From Paracoccaceae bacterium (GTDB lineage Bacteria; Pseudomonadota; Alphaproteobacteria; Rhodobacterales; Rhodobacteraceae), in NCBI GenBank assembly GCA_016744015.1, contig JADGFD010000005.1, forward strand, positions 66,208 through 130,207: DNA of 64,000 nucleotides, read 5' to 3'. Shown piece by piece: positions 1 through 10,196 of the stretch. The notes below the pieces were generated by a model that worked only from the letters and a program-made list of their open reading frames with translations, was not told the DNA's origin and ran no database searches. Each line of letters starts with the position of its first letter. Positions within the stretch are counted from its first letter, which is position 1. Made by a program: the position numbers and the translations under genes.

Positions 1-1229
1 TGCGCAGCCTTTCGCGCGAGGTGCTATTTGATGCCGAGCATTTCTTTGACGGCTATAAAGCCAACCCTGAATATGCGCTGGAATGCGGCCTTGAGGCTTA
101 TAAAGCTGGGGCCCGCTGGGTGGTGCTGTGTGACACCAACGGCGGGGCGCTGCCGGATGACATTAAGGCGGGGGTTTCAGCGCTTATTAAGGCAGGCGTG
201 CCGGGGAGCCATATCGGCATTCATACCCATAATGACACCGAGCACGCAGCGGCCAACAGCCTTGCGGCGGTGGATGCGGGGGCGCGGCAAATTCAGGGCA
301 CGCTGAATGGCCTTGGCGAGCGCTGCGGCAATGCCAACCTCGTCACGCTGATCCCGACGCTGCTGCTGAAAGAGCCTTACGCCAGCCGCTATGAGATTAA
401 CGTGCCTACGGGCCGCCTCAGCGGCCTTACCAAGCTTTCACGGATGCTTGATGACATCCTCAACCGCGTGCCAAACCCGAGCGCGGCTTATGTCGGGGCC
501 TCGGCCTTTGTGCATAAGGCGGGGCTGCATGCCAGCGCTATTTTAAAAGACCCAACCACCTATGAGCACATCCCGCCCGAAACCGTGGGCAATGCGCGGC
601 TTGTGCCGATGTCTAACCAAGCGGGGCAAAGCAACCTGCGGGCGCGGCTGGCGGATGCAGGCATTGAGGTGGCCAAGGGCAACCCTGCCCTACTGGAAAT
701 TCTGAACCGCGTAAAAGAGCGCGAGGATAAGGGCTATGCTTATGATAGCGCGCAGGCCAGCTTTGAGCTGTTAGCGCGCGAAGTGCTGGGGACTATGCCG
801 CGGTTTTTTGATGTTAAGCGCTACCGCGTGACGGTAGAGCGGCGCAAGAACAAGGGCAACAAAGTGGTCACGCTTTCCGAGGCCGTGGTGGCGGTGAAGA
901 TCGGCGGGGAAAAGAAGCTTTCAGTTTCCGATAGCTTGGACAGCCTTGGCAAAGATAGCGGCCCGGTGAATGCGCTGGCCAAGGCGTTGGCCAAAGATTT
1001 GGGGCCGTATCAGGCGATGATCGACGATATGCGCTTGGTGGATTTTAAGGTGCGAATAACCAATGGCGGCACAGAAGCCGTGACCCGCGTGCTGATAGAC
1101 TCAGAAGATAGCGCGGGGCAGCGGTGGTCTACCGTTGGGGTTTCGGCCAATATTGTGGATGCCTCTTTTCAAGCGCTGCTCGATGCCATTCGCTGGAAGT
1201 TGATCCGCGACGGGGCGGCGGATGTCTGA
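1..1229 (+). CDS. cimA: (R)-citramalate synthase / LeuA-family HMGL-like enzyme, 5'-partial (C-terminal ~400 aa)
   Basis: HMGL-like motifs 'HTHNDTEHAAANSLAAVDAGARQIQGTLNGLGERCGNANL' and a CimA-type C-terminal regulatory domain. The frame is open to the window start. Confidence 0.8.
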   Translation, partial: RSLSREVLFDAEHFFDGYKANPEYALECGLEAYKAGARWVVLCDTNGGALPDDIKAGVSALIKAGVPGSHIGIHTHNDTEHAAANSLAAVDAGARQIQGTLNGLGERCGNANLVTLIPTLLLKEPYASRYEINVPTGRLSGLTKLSRMLDDILNRVPNPSAAYVGASAFVHKAGLHASAILKDPTTYEHIPPETVGNARLVPMSNQAGQSNLRARLADAGIEVAKGNPALLEILNRVKEREDKGYAYDSAQASFELLAREVLGTMPRFFDVKRYRVTVERRKNKGNKVVTLSEAVVAVKIGGEKKLSVSDSLDSLGKDSGPVNALAKALAKDLGPYQAMIDDMRLVDFKVRITNGGTEAVTRVLIDSEDSAGQRWSTVGVSANIVDASFQALLDAIRWKLIRDGAADV

Positions 1230-1929
1230 AGAATTTGACGCCTTTATGGAACTATATGCTGGCCTGCCGCGCGAGGGGCCGGGCACGGTTAACAGTCTGT
1301 TAAACGTGCTGGAAATTGCCAATGTGCCGCCGCTTGGGCGCGTGCTGGATGTGGCTTGTGGCTCGGGGGCGGATTGTGAAACCTTTCAGCGCGCCCTGCC
1401 GGGGGTAGAGCTTATAGGCATTGATAAGCAGGAGGCTTTTATCGAGGCGGCCAAGGCGCGCGGGCTGAACGCTGATTTTCGGGTGGGAGATATGCTCTGG
1501 CCCGAGGGTGAGTTTGACTTGATCTGGTGCGCGGGCGCGGTTTATTTCTTTGGCGCTGAAACCGTGCTTGAGGCATGGCGCAGCCACCTGTGCCCCGGTG
1601 GAAAAGTAGCATTTTCGGAGATTGTCTGGATGGGGCAGCCCAGCCCCGAGGCCAAGGCCTTTTGGGCCGAAGCCTACCCGCAGATGGACAGCCAAAACGG
1701 CCTCGCCGCACGCATTGAGGCCTGCGGCTTCAAGGTGCTCTCAGCTGAACCTCTGGGCCGTGGGGGCTGGGAGGAATACTATAATGCGCTGCGGGCAAAC
1801 GTAGCGCGCCTGAAAGGGCAGAGCGGCGTGATGGATGCAGTCTGTGCTGAAACCGAAGCTGAAATCAACATCTATGATGCACATTTTGGTGAATTTGATT
1901 ACGTGCTCTATCTGGTTGAGCCGGTATGA
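1222..1929 (+). CDS. class I SAM-dependent methyltransferase
   Basis: Motif I 'VLDVACGSGADCE'. The ATG overlaps the cimA stop. Confidence 0.7.
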   Translation: MSEEFDAFMELYAGLPREGPGTVNSLLNVLEIANVPPLGRVLDVACGSGADCETFQRALPGVELIGIDKQEAFIEAAKARGLNADFRVGDMLWPEGEFDLIWCAGAVYFFGAETVLEAWRSHLCPGGKVAFSEIVWMGQPSPEAKAFWAEAYPQMDSQNGLAARIEACGFKVLSAEPLGRGGWEEYYNALRANVARLKGQSGVMDAVCAETEAEINIYDAHFGEFDYVLYLVEPV

Positions 1930-2432
1930 TTTACCTGTTGCGGCACTGTGAAAAAACCGCCGAAGCCGCAGAGGCCCCGCTTTCAAGCACCGGTTTCAAG
2001 CAGGCGCAGGCAATGGTGCCTGCCCTCGCGCATCTCGGCATTATGCGAATCATATCAAGCCCTTTTCTGCGGGCGCAGCAAAGCATTTTGCCCTTTGCCG
2101 TTGCCGCGGGGATTGAGGTGGAAACCTCGAATGCGCTGAAGGAGTGGCAGCTGGCGGGCGAGCCGCGCGCTGACTGGAAAGCCGTGCTGGCACACGGGCT
2201 GGCCAACCCGACCATAGCGGCTGCGGGCGGCGAAAGTGCAGAAGAGGTTTGGGCGCGTGCACAGGCCGTTTTGCAGCCCAAGGTGCCAACTTTGCTGGTA
2301 TCTCATGGCGGCTGGTTAACGGTGGTGCTTGGACAATTTGGCCGCCCCCTTAGCCTTGAAAGCCTGCTCAGCATCAAAACGCCTCATCTGTTCAGCATTA
2401 GCCCGGAAGGATGGCAAAACCATGAGCTTTGA
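1926..2432 (+). CDS. histidine phosphatase (phosphoglycerate mutase-like) family protein
   Basis: N-terminal 'LLRHCE' (RHG-type catalytic His) and C-terminal 'SHGG'. The ATGA start overlaps the upstream stop. Confidence 0.6.
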   Translation: MIYLLRHCEKTAEAAEAPLSSTGFKQAQAMVPALAHLGIMRIISSPFLRAQQSILPFAVAAGIEVETSNALKEWQLAGEPRADWKAVLAHGLANPTIAAAGGESAEEVWARAQAVLQPKVPTLLVSHGGWLTVVLGQFGRPLSLESLLSIKTPHLFSISPEGWQNHEL

Positions 2433-3186
2433 CGCCTGTAAAAAACTTGTTCGGGCTGGGGACCCAGACCGATATCTTTCTGCCCAAACCGCCACGCCAG
2501 AAGGACACAAAGCGCTTATGGCGATTTATGCGGTAAACCTCGAAATCGCCCACGCGCCATGGGCTAGCCCCGAGCCGTTGGTCGCCCAAATGCGGCTGCG
2601 CTGGTGGGGAGACGAGATTGCGCGCATCTATCAAGGTGAAGCGGTCACCACGCATGAAATATTACCGGCCCTGCGCGAGGTGATCTTTGATCATAACCTG
2701 CCGCAGCGCTATTTTGAGGCGCTCATTGAGGCCCGTATGAACGACGTATTTGCTGACCCCCCCGAAAGCCCCGCGGCGTTTGATGCCTATATCGAGGCCA
2801 CGTCAGGCAGCGTTATGGCGCTGGCTGCCCGTGCCCTAGGCGCGCCGGAAGCGGCCATGCCTGTGGTTTCTGGTTTTGCATATGGCGCGGGTGTGGCGAA
2901 CCTTCTGCGTGCGGTTCCGGCGCTAAAATCCCATGGCCATCAGCCGCTTGTTGAGCCTGCGAGCGAGGTTGTGCAATCCGCCATCAGCCAAATGGCGCTT
3001 GCCCGCAAAAACCGCTCGGCAATCCCTCCTACGGCGACACCTGCGATGCTGGCAGGCTGGCGGGCCGATGCAACGCTCACCCATGCATATAAGCACCCTG
3101 ATCACATCAACACTGGCCTGCTCGAAGAATCTCCTGCACGCAAAATGCTAGCGCTACGCTGGCGCAGGTTCATAAAAAGATGGTGA
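2422..3186 (+). CDS. squalene/phytoene synthase family protein (isoprenoid synthase fold), tentative
   Basis: 'RLRWW' and helix-rich composition typical of the SQS_PSY family. The start at 2422 overlaps the upstream stop. Confidence 0.4.
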   Translation: MSFDACKKLVRAGDPDRYLSAQTATPEGHKALMAIYAVNLEIAHAPWASPEPLVAQMRLRWWGDEIARIYQGEAVTTHEILPALREVIFDHNLPQRYFEALIEARMNDVFADPPESPAAFDAYIEATSGSVMALAARALGAPEAAMPVVSGFAYGAGVANLLRAVPALKSHGHQPLVEPASEVVQSAISQMALARKNRSAIPPTATPAMLAGWRADATLTHAYKHPDHINTGLLEESPARKMLALRWRRFIKRW

Positions 3187-3380
3187 CCATGCCTCGGCTA
3201 TCCCACCGAGGCGTAGCCGAGGCCGCCGCAGGCCAGTTTTTCAGCTTGCTGGAAAACCTGCCTTTGCTGAGCGGGGGGACAGGCGAGATACCCCAACAAG
3301 CGCCAACCGTGTGGCCCTCCCCGAAGCAAAGGCACACTGGCTGGGTGCTAACCTTTAAACAAGCGCAAGACCCGAGCGTT

Positions 3381-3470
3381 GCTCTCCCGCCCACCTTGCG
3401 CCATTTGCTTCGCAAACGCCCCCGGCGGTTGGGCGTGGCCTCGCTTCGCTCGGCAGGGGGCCAAGCCAAA
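3381..3470. repeat. dispersed GC-rich intergenic repeat, copy A
   Basis: Reverse-complement match to 41495-41590. Lies between convergent genes. Confidence 0.7.
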
Positions 3471-3478
3471 CATGCGGT

Positions 3479-4195
3479 TTAATCCTGACCGACCGCCATT
3501 TCCAATGCCTGATACGCATCCGGCATCGTTTCAAGCTGCCGGATGCCACGCCTTAGCTTCTTGCCAAGATTTGAGTCAAGCACGGCCAGTACTTGCTCAA
3601 CCGAGATCGCACGCAGCTTCAAAAAAAGCGCAAGGGCAAACATGCGAAGTTCGTTCGAAAGATATCCGGCCCATCCTGCCTGCCGCGCACCTTGCGCTTG
3701 GAATGCACCAAACCCCATGACAATGCACAGAAAATCAGTATGCATTTCGTGCTCGGGGAGATCATCCATAGTTTTCGGGGGTGATAGAAGGTCATGCGCC
3801 AACTCATGCGCCAGAGTGGCGATGAAATTGAGCGGGATGGACATAGCTTCAGGGCTGTAAGAGATGATGGCTGCCTCTTCATCAGCTTGGTATGTGCCAG
3901 CAACTTGCGCGATATCCTGGTAATTATGGTGGTCAACACCCTCAATCTTTTCAGGCATGCGGTGCAATTGATAGCTATCGTCTGCCACCCCCATCAAGCG
4001 CTTCACATCTGCGAAAACGGCCTCGGCGGTTTCATGGCTTTTGCCTGTCGGCGCGTTAAAGAAATTGCGGGTCGGCAACACCAGCGGCAGCGTATGAAAA
4101 CGCTCGGCAAGGCCGCATTCCGTTATCAACTGCGCGTAGCTTTCCAGCGCCCATTCGGCAAGCTCATCTGATACCAGTTGCCGCCTAAAGCGCAT
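3479..4195 (-). CDS. hypothetical protein with HExxH (HELAH) zinc-binding motif
   Basis: 'ATLAHELAHDLL'. No family recognised. Start chosen at 'MRFRRQ', which abuts the MFS gene stop. Confidence 0.45.
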   Translation of the reverse strand: MRFRRQLVSDELAEWALESYAQLITECGLAERFHTLPLVLPTRNFFNAPTGKSHETAEAVFADVKRLMGVADDSYQLHRMPEKIEGVDHHNYQDIAQVAGTYQADEEAAIISYSPEAMSIPLNFIATLAHELAHDLLSPPKTMDDLPEHEMHTDFLCIVMGFGAFQAQGARQAGWAGYLSNELRMFALALFLKLRAISVEQVLAVLDSNLGKKLRRGIRQLETMPDAYQALEMAVGQD

Positions 4196-5405
4196 CGCGG
4201 TTTTTGCCAGAAATGGCAAACCACAGCAGCGCACCACCCGCCAGCGCCAGCAATGGCAGCATCGCGAGGTTGACGGCTTGCCAGCCCTCTTGGGCCGAAC
4301 CGCCCGAACAGTTCATCAGCCCGCCAGAGCTGAGCGAGGCCAGCGTAACCATGCCAAAAACCAGAAAGTCATTCAGCCCCTGCACCCGACCACGTTCCTC
4401 AGCTGTGTGTGATTCCGCCAGCATGGTGGTGCCGCCGATAAAGCCAAAATTCCAGCCGATGCCCAAAAGGATAAGTGCGGCGTAAAAATTCTCGATCTGA
4501 ACGCCATTGAGCGCCGTAACGCCCGCCGCCGCCAGAATAACCAGCCCCGCAGCAATAATTTTGCGCACGCCAAACCAGTTAATAAAATACCCCGTCACAA
4601 AGGAAGGCGCATACATCGCCAGCACGTGCGCTGCAACAATATCAGCGGCCTGATCGGTTTCAAAGCCGCAACCGACAACGGCGAGCGGCGTGGATGTCAT
4701 GACCAAGTTCATCAAGGAATAGGACACCATGGCGCTAATAATCGCGACGGCGATTTTGGGGGTGCGCAAAAGCTGCCCAATGCTACGACCGGAGGATTGC
4801 CCAGGCTCCGCCGGCTTGGGCTTGGGGATCTTGAGCGCCATAAACAGAAATATTCCGAAGATATTCAAAGCGATGACGGTGAGATAAGCCCCGGCAAAGG
4901 GAACAGGCGCAAGCGCATCTTGCGTAAATTTAACCAGCTGCGGCCCAATAACAGCCGCCAACAACCCCCCTGCCATAACCCATGAAATAGCTTTAGGCAT
5001 AAACGCAGGTGAGGCGGTATCTGTAGCGGCAAAGCGGTAAAACCCTTGGGCCGACATATAGATACCCGTGAGAAACCCGCCAATCAGAAAGAGCTCAAAA
5101 GACTGTGTGTAGAGCGCATAGACTTGCAGCACAGCGCTCAGCCCGCCCGCAACAACGCCCAGCATAAAGCCGGCACGGCGGCCATATTTTTGCATAATGG
5201 TTGACATCACAGGGGCAGAAAGCATGGAGCCCAGAATGATCAGCGAAATCGGGAGGGTGGCCAAGCAGGGGTTGGGCGACAGGTATTGCCCAGCAAGGCC
5301 GCCAAGAATAAAACTGATGCCCATTTGCGCACCAAGCACCGCTTGGGCTATGATCAAAACCGCAAGGTTTCGCTTGGCCAGTGTATCATTTATTGCATGT
5401 GTCAT
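4185..5405 (-). CDS. MFS transporter
   Basis: 12-TM hydrophobic profile with the MFS-like loop 'GRRAGF'. Start taken at 'MTHAINDTL'. Confidence 0.8.
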   Translation of the reverse strand: MTHAINDTLAKRNLAVLIIAQAVLGAQMGISFILGGLAGQYLSPNPCLATLPISLIILGSMLSAPVMSTIMQKYGRRAGFMLGVVAGGLSAVLQVYALYTQSFELFLIGGFLTGIYMSAQGFYRFAATDTASPAFMPKAISWVMAGGLLAAVIGPQLVKFTQDALAPVPFAGAYLTVIALNIFGIFLFMALKIPKPKPAEPGQSSGRSIGQLLRTPKIAVAIISAMVSYSLMNLVMTSTPLAVVGCGFETDQAADIVAAHVLAMYAPSFVTGYFINWFGVRKIIAAGLVILAAAGVTALNGVQIENFYAALILLGIGWNFGFIGGTTMLAESHTAEERGRVQGLNDFLVFGMVTLASLSSGGLMNCSGGSAQEGWQAVNLAMLPLLALAGGALLWFAISGKNRDAL

Positions 5406-5713
5406 GGCGAGATTTGTATGCCTGTATATCGTGAATGACCAGAGACAAAATGCGCCCTGCGGCAAAGAGGAATGCGGCTACACGCAGCGCGTCTGGCATT
5501 GCTCTATTTGGCCAAGCTTATGTCCGCGCTGCTTAGCGAGCATCGTGCTTGTGGCGGCTCCTTATTGGCGCTCCCCACAAGTGTTGCGATCAAGCGCGGC
5601 GCGAGCCGGAACGTGCAAAACAAAGCCATGCCAGACGCGCCGCCACCGACAGGTCGCTTACGCATTGATCTTTTCGCTGGGCCTGTCATGCTAGCCACCT
5701 TGGAGGTGCGCGC

Positions 5714-6343
5714 ATGGACGAATACATTATCAAAACCGAAGCTGATGTCGCTAAGGGGGCGGCTTGGCTGGCGCGGGCGGAGCCTCGATTTGAGGTGGCT
5801 CTAGGCCAAATAGGCACCCTGCCCTTGCGGCTTCGGGGAGACGGGTTTGAAGCATTGCTGTCAGCAATTGTATCGCAACAAATCTCTGTGGCCGCCGCGC
5901 GGGGGGTATGGGCCAAGCTCGATGCAGCAGGCGCCATTGAGGCCGAGGCCATTTTAAAGCTCAGCATGGAAGAATTGCGCAGCATCGGGCTTTCACGACA
6001 AAAGGCAAGCTATGCCAAAGCGCTGGCCGAATACCGTATTGATTATGCCGATTTGCGGAACCAGCCCGCCGAGGCTGTGGTGAGAACCCTCACCGAGGTA
6101 AAGGGCATCGGCAAATGGACCGCCGAGATTTATTGCATGTTTAGCCTTGGGCGGGCGGATGTTTTGGCTGCCGGAGACCTAGCCTTGCAGGAATCCGCAC
6201 GGGTTTTGTTTGGCCTGCCAGCCCGCCCTACCGAAAAAGAACTGCGTCAACTGGCCGAAGCATGGTCGCCGTGGCGGGCGGTTGCCGCACGCTTGCTTTT
6301 CACCTATTACCATCTGATCAAAGATCGGGAAGGACTATCCTAA
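5714..6343 (+). CDS. DNA-3-methyladenine glycosylase II family (HhH-GPD)
   Basis: AlkA-like HhH-GPD layout: 'EALLSAIVSQQIS' and 'VKGIGKWTAEIY'. Good SD (GGAGG) upstream. Confidence 0.75.
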   Translation: MDEYIIKTEADVAKGAAWLARAEPRFEVALGQIGTLPLRLRGDGFEALLSAIVSQQISVAAARGVWAKLDAAGAIEAEAILKLSMEELRSIGLSRQKASYAKALAEYRIDYADLRNQPAEAVVRTLTEVKGIGKWTAEIYCMFSLGRADVLAAGDLALQESARVLFGLPARPTEKELRQLAEAWSPWRAVAARLLFTYYHLIKDREGLS

Positions 6344-7000
6344 ATGACAGAACTCAATGGCCCACGGCGGGCAGCAAAATCAGGCAATGGCAAATACCTC
6401 GTGGTATTTGTTCACGGCTACGGGGCTGACGGAAACGACCTGATCGGGCTGGCAGACTCGCTGGCCGAGCACCTACCCGATGTGGTTTTCCACGCGCCCA
6501 ACGCCCCGCAGCGCTGCACCGGTAATCCGATGGGCTTCCAGTGGTTTCCGATCCCGTGGCTAGATGGCTCTAGTGAGGCCGAGGCTGCCGAAGGTATGGC
6601 AAGTGCTGCCGCCCTGCTGAACGATTGGCTGGATGAAACCATGAAAGCCGAGGGCGTGGACGAGGCGCACACCCTGCTGGTTGGCTTTTCCCAAGGCACC
6701 ATGATGTCACTCCATATTGCCCCGCGTCGCCCCGAGCCTCTGGCGGGGGTTGTTGGCTTTTCGGGCCGCTTGTTGGCCCCGGAAACGCTGGAAGATGAAG
6801 CCCTGAGCCACCTACCGATTTTGCTCATCCACGGCGACGAAGACCCCGTGGTGCCGCTACAATCCTTGCCCGAGGCCGCGGATGCGCTCACCAAAGTTGG
6901 TTATGAGGTTTATACTCACATTTCCAAAGGCACTGGCCACGGCATCGCCCAAGACGGCCTGCAACTGGCATTGCAATTCATCCAGCAACAGCTGCCCTGA
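6344..7000 (+). CDS. alpha/beta hydrolase, phospholipase/carboxylesterase family
   Basis: 'VVFVHGYGADGNDL', the nucleophile elbow 'GFSQGTMMSL', and 'HGDEDPVVP'. Confidence 0.8.
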   Translation: MTELNGPRRAAKSGNGKYLVVFVHGYGADGNDLIGLADSLAEHLPDVVFHAPNAPQRCTGNPMGFQWFPIPWLDGSSEAEAAEGMASAAALLNDWLDETMKAEGVDEAHTLLVGFSQGTMMSLHIAPRRPEPLAGVVGFSGRLLAPETLEDEALSHLPILLIHGDEDPVVPLQSLPEAADALTKVGYEVYTHISKGTGHGIAQDGLQLALQFIQQQLP

Positions 7001-7617
7001 TGCTATTGGAAGCGTGGGAATCAATAATTACTGCGCCTTTAGAGGCCACCATTTTGCCCGATGGTTGCCAAGACCTGCTTTTCACAGCCCTGCCCGGGCA
7101 GGCCCCAAGATGGGAGATCACCACGCTTGATGATAGCCCCTACCGGATACATATGGCCAGCGGCACCTATTTCAAAGGTTTTCGCCTGCGGGCTGGGGTG
7201 CGGATAAACGACAATGAGCTTAGGGCCGCCATGCACGGCCTTTCGCCCGACCACACCGACATTGAAGATCGTTTGAACACCTTCGCAACACTTGACCCAC
7301 TGGTGGAGGATGCTTTATCGGCCCTCGCTGATCAGGCTGCGGCGGGTGGAAGCGTTGCCAAGGCGGCAGCGGCAATTGGCGTTCATCAACGCCGCCTCCA
7401 GCGCGCCATGGCGGGCCAAACCGGCCGGAGTGCCGCCCAATGGCTGGCGCTGGCGCGGGTGCGAAAGGCGGCCCGGGCCATAGTCTCGGGCAATGAGTTA
7501 GCCACGGTGGCTTATGATACCGGCTATGCGGACCAGCCCCATATGCACCGCGCCTTTCGGCGATGGCTCGGCACTACGCCCAAAAACGCACCCTTTCTAT
7601 CGCTTGGCTACAACTGA
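7000..7617 (+). CDS. AraC family transcriptional regulator
   Basis: C-terminal AraC HTH 'AYDTGYADQPHMHRAFRRWLGTTP'. The ATG overlaps the upstream TGA. Confidence 0.7.
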   Translation: MLLEAWESIITAPLEATILPDGCQDLLFTALPGQAPRWEITTLDDSPYRIHMASGTYFKGFRLRAGVRINDNELRAAMHGLSPDHTDIEDRLNTFATLDPLVEDALSALADQAAAGGSVAKAAAAIGVHQRRLQRAMAGQTGRSAAQWLALARVRKAARAIVSGNELATVAYDTGYADQPHMHRAFRRWLGTTPKNAPFLSLGYN

Positions 7618-7961
7618 TCCAGCGCTTGCACGATAAACGCCCTTAGCTGCTTGGCTTCAATATCCTCCAACTGGCGTAGCTTTATGTGGCGGCGAAGCTT
7701 GCCCTTACCCTCTAGAAATGCAGCTAGGTTATTAAGCGCGGCCCCGTTGCTAAACTCAAATGAAACATGGTTTTTATAGGCAAAAACCCCACCCCAATCC
7801 GCGCCATCATTTGCAAACATAATGCCACCATACATGATTCGCTCTTGGCTTTCAGGCGCCTCCGCCTGCACCAGCTTGCGCACCTGCTGCACGGTTTCAT
7901 AAGCCGCCATATTGGCAATCCGTAGGGCCTCAAGAAGGCTCTCAATTTCAGGGGCGCTCAT
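7608..7961 (-). CDS. DUF1801 (YdhG-like) domain protein
   Basis: 'MSAPEIESLLEAL...GKGKLRRHIKL'. The ATGA start overlaps the glyoxalase stop. Confidence 0.55.
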   Translation of the reverse strand: MSAPEIESLLEALRIANMAAYETVQQVRKLVQAEAPESQERIMYGGIMFANDGADWGGVFAYKNHVSFEFSNGAALNNLAAFLEGKGKLRRHIKLRQLEDIEAKQLRAFIVQALDQL

Positions 7962-8341
7962 GCTGCTATCGGTGTGCAAAGTTCCACCAATCCGCCATTG
8001 ATGTCCGATACATAGGCCACGACCTGCCCCCATGGCATATCTTGCGGCGCGCTTACCAGCCCCGCCCCTGCCGCCACGGCTGTTTCCACCGCTTTGGCGA
8101 CGTTATTTGTAGTGAAGGCCACTTCAAAACTCGGCGCGCCTGCATCCATAGGTTTTGGCTGCTTTCCCATCTCTTCCAGCGTGGAAAAACTGGCAAAAGC
8201 CAGCGTGGTGTTGCCGGTTTCCAGCTCGCCATAGCCACCGGTTTCATGCAGCATCTTTCGTGCAATTCCAAAGGCCTGCTGATAAAAATCCAGTGTTGCC
8301 TCGACGTTCTCAACGTAGATAATAGTATAGCCAAAATCCAT
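7958..8341 (-). CDS. VOC/glyoxalase family protein
   Basis: 'MDFGYTIIYVENVEATLDFYQQAFG', with SD AAAGGAG upstream. Confidence 0.7.
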   Translation of the reverse strand: MDFGYTIIYVENVEATLDFYQQAFGIARKMLHETGGYGELETGNTTLAFASFSTLEEMGKQPKPMDAGAPSFEVAFTTNNVAKAVETAVAAGAGLVSAPQDMPWGQVVAYVSDINGGLVELCTPIAA

Positions 8342-8431
8342 TCTGTGCTCCTTTGCTTCAAGAAAGGCTAACATATTTTGAACCATACATATTGGATATT
8401 TGCGACAGTAAGAAGAAACAATGCTCGAAAT

Positions 8432-8461
8432 CCAAAAACGGCCACCCCTTTCGGGGCAGCC
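8432..8461 (-). terminator. intrinsic terminator-like hairpin after the yeeE-like gene pair
   Basis: GGCCACCCC-TTTC-GGGGCAGCC stem-loop followed by a T-run on the minus strand. Confidence 0.45.
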
Positions 8462-8493
8462 ATCTAACCTACTAACCTAGGTTAATAGGTGTC

Positions 8494-9096
8494 TTATTCA
8501 GCTGGAATAGTTGTGCCATGCACATCGCCAGAGCCGACAAATTTGCTCGGCAGGGCAAAGGCAATCACGATGAAGCCAAGGCCAAGCACAATCCCAACAA
8601 TATCGCCGGGCAGGCCTTCGAAAAGCGATGGGTAATCGGTGCCCGGAACCGCCGCAACTGTGGCTTTGCCGCCAAACATATTGTCAAGAATACCGGTGGA
8701 TTTTATCCAGCTATAGCTGGCCATATAGGCCGCAGCCCCCAGCAAGCCGCCCGCAATGAAAAACAGCGCATCTTTGCGCCCTGTTGCCGCCGCCGAAAGG
8801 CCAGTACCCGGGCAATAGCCCGTAACCGCCCAGCCAGTGCCCAGCAGAAGACCACCAATAAACACGCCCAGATAGGCTGTTTTTACCGACATGTGGGCCA
8901 CATCCACCAGCCCCGCCATTTGGCCCGCAAACATGGCCACCGAAGCCACGCCAATGGCCAGAAGAATGGTTTTCATCAGGTGCAAATTCGTGAGTGCCAG
9001 CATTTTGAGCGCATATTTGGGGTTAGTCGCGCCGATGCGGTCCAACACCACACCAAACGCGCCGCCAATTACGATGGCTAGAATAATGGTTGTCAT
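8494..9096 (-). CDS. YeeE/YedE family membrane protein (half-size)
   Basis: TM-rich sequence with Gly-rich motifs typical of YeeE/YedE sulfur-transport-associated proteins. Confidence 0.7.
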   Translation of the reverse strand: MTTIILAIVIGGAFGVVLDRIGATNPKYALKMLALTNLHLMKTILLAIGVASVAMFAGQMAGLVDVAHMSVKTAYLGVFIGGLLLGTGWAVTGYCPGTGLSAAATGRKDALFFIAGGLLGAAAYMASYSWIKSTGILDNMFGGKATVAAVPGTDYPSLFEGLPGDIVGIVLGLGFIVIAFALPSKFVGSGDVHGTTIPAE

Positions 9097-9099
9097 GGC

Positions 9100-9654
9100 T
9101 TAGCCCTCCGACTTTTTGTAAAGCATCATGGCGATGGGAATCCCCGCGCCAAATGCCCCGAGCGTAAACATATAGCCCGAGATAGATGTCTGCATCAGGC
9201 CGCTCATCATGTGGCCAGAGGTGCAGCCCCCCGCCAAACGCGCGCCAAATACGATGATAAAACCGCCCAGAAAGGACACAGCAAACCGCTTGAGCGCCGA
9301 GTCGCCAAAGTTTTCACGCCAGATATTCGGCATGGTTTTTTCGCCGCCCTTAACGCCGCCGCGCAGGAATGATGAAATGGCCGCGCCCGCCATCATCGCC
9401 AACACAAACACAAAAGAATAGTTCAGTGGGTTGGATGCATTTTTGGCATACTTGCCGTTGCTTTTGGCCATATAGGCATTTTCCGAGGTGTAGCCCTCTT
9501 CGGTTTCAGTGATAAATTCGGGGCTGATTGCGTCAGCAATAATGCCGTCTGCGATCACAAATTGGGTGGACACGCCAATGGGTTTTACCAGCAGCACCGC
9601 CGCCAAAAAGACCAAGCCAAGGAGTATCCCGCCTGTTTTCCAGGATAGGGTCAT
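9100..9654 (-). CDS. YeeE/YedE family membrane protein (half-size)
   Basis: Paired with the previous gene at a 3-nt spacing. Contains 'GGCTSGHMMSGL'. Confidence 0.7.
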   Translation of the reverse strand: MTLSWKTGGILLGLVFLAAVLLVKPIGVSTQFVIADGIIADAISPEFITETEEGYTSENAYMAKSNGKYAKNASNPLNYSFVFVLAMMAGAAISSFLRGGVKGGEKTMPNIWRENFGDSALKRFAVSFLGGFIIVFGARLAGGCTSGHMMSGLMQTSISGYMFTLGAFGAGIPIAMMLYKKSEG

Positions 9655-9886
9655 GAGAATATTCTCCGTTTGGGATTACGAGAATCCATTACATTCATAT
9701 TTTCGAATATGAACTGCTTCTCTCGCCACTTCAACCCCGATAATTAAAATACTCAGGTATAAGCTGTTAAGCCCTCACGCTCTGCATTTTTCAGTCAAAC
9801 TACAGCTGTAGCTTTTGGTTTTAATTCCACGCCCTCCTGCTTTATACATGCCGAAAAGAAAGTAAATATCCAAAAGGCCCCGCAAA

Positions 9887-10153
9887 ATGTCAGACCTTCT
9901 CTCCACCTTTACGCTCGCTGATCTTGTCGGAATCTTCGGCACACTGATCGTAACAGCCGCCTACTTTGCCACCCAGATGCGATACTTAAATTCTGATGAC
10001 ATTTTGTTTCCCGTCGCCAATCTCGCTGGCTCTCTTTTTATCGTATATTCCCTTGTCTTCTCCTTTAATCTCGCCTCGGCCCTCATGGAATTTTTCTGGA
10101 TTCTCATCAGCCTAGCAGGAATCATCAATTACCTGCGCCGCAAAAGGGCTTGA
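9887..10153 (+). CDS. small membrane protein (2-3 TM)
   Basis: Hydrophobic 88-aa ORF whose stop overlaps the MoxR gene. Confidence 0.45.
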   Translation: MSDLLSTFTLADLVGIFGTLIVTAAYFATQMRYLNSDDILFPVANLAGSLFIVYSLVFSFNLASALMEFFWILISLAGIINYLRRKRA

Positions 10154-10196
10154 CGGCCGCGCGCTGTCGCCATCTACTTCCCTCAAAAGGATACGC

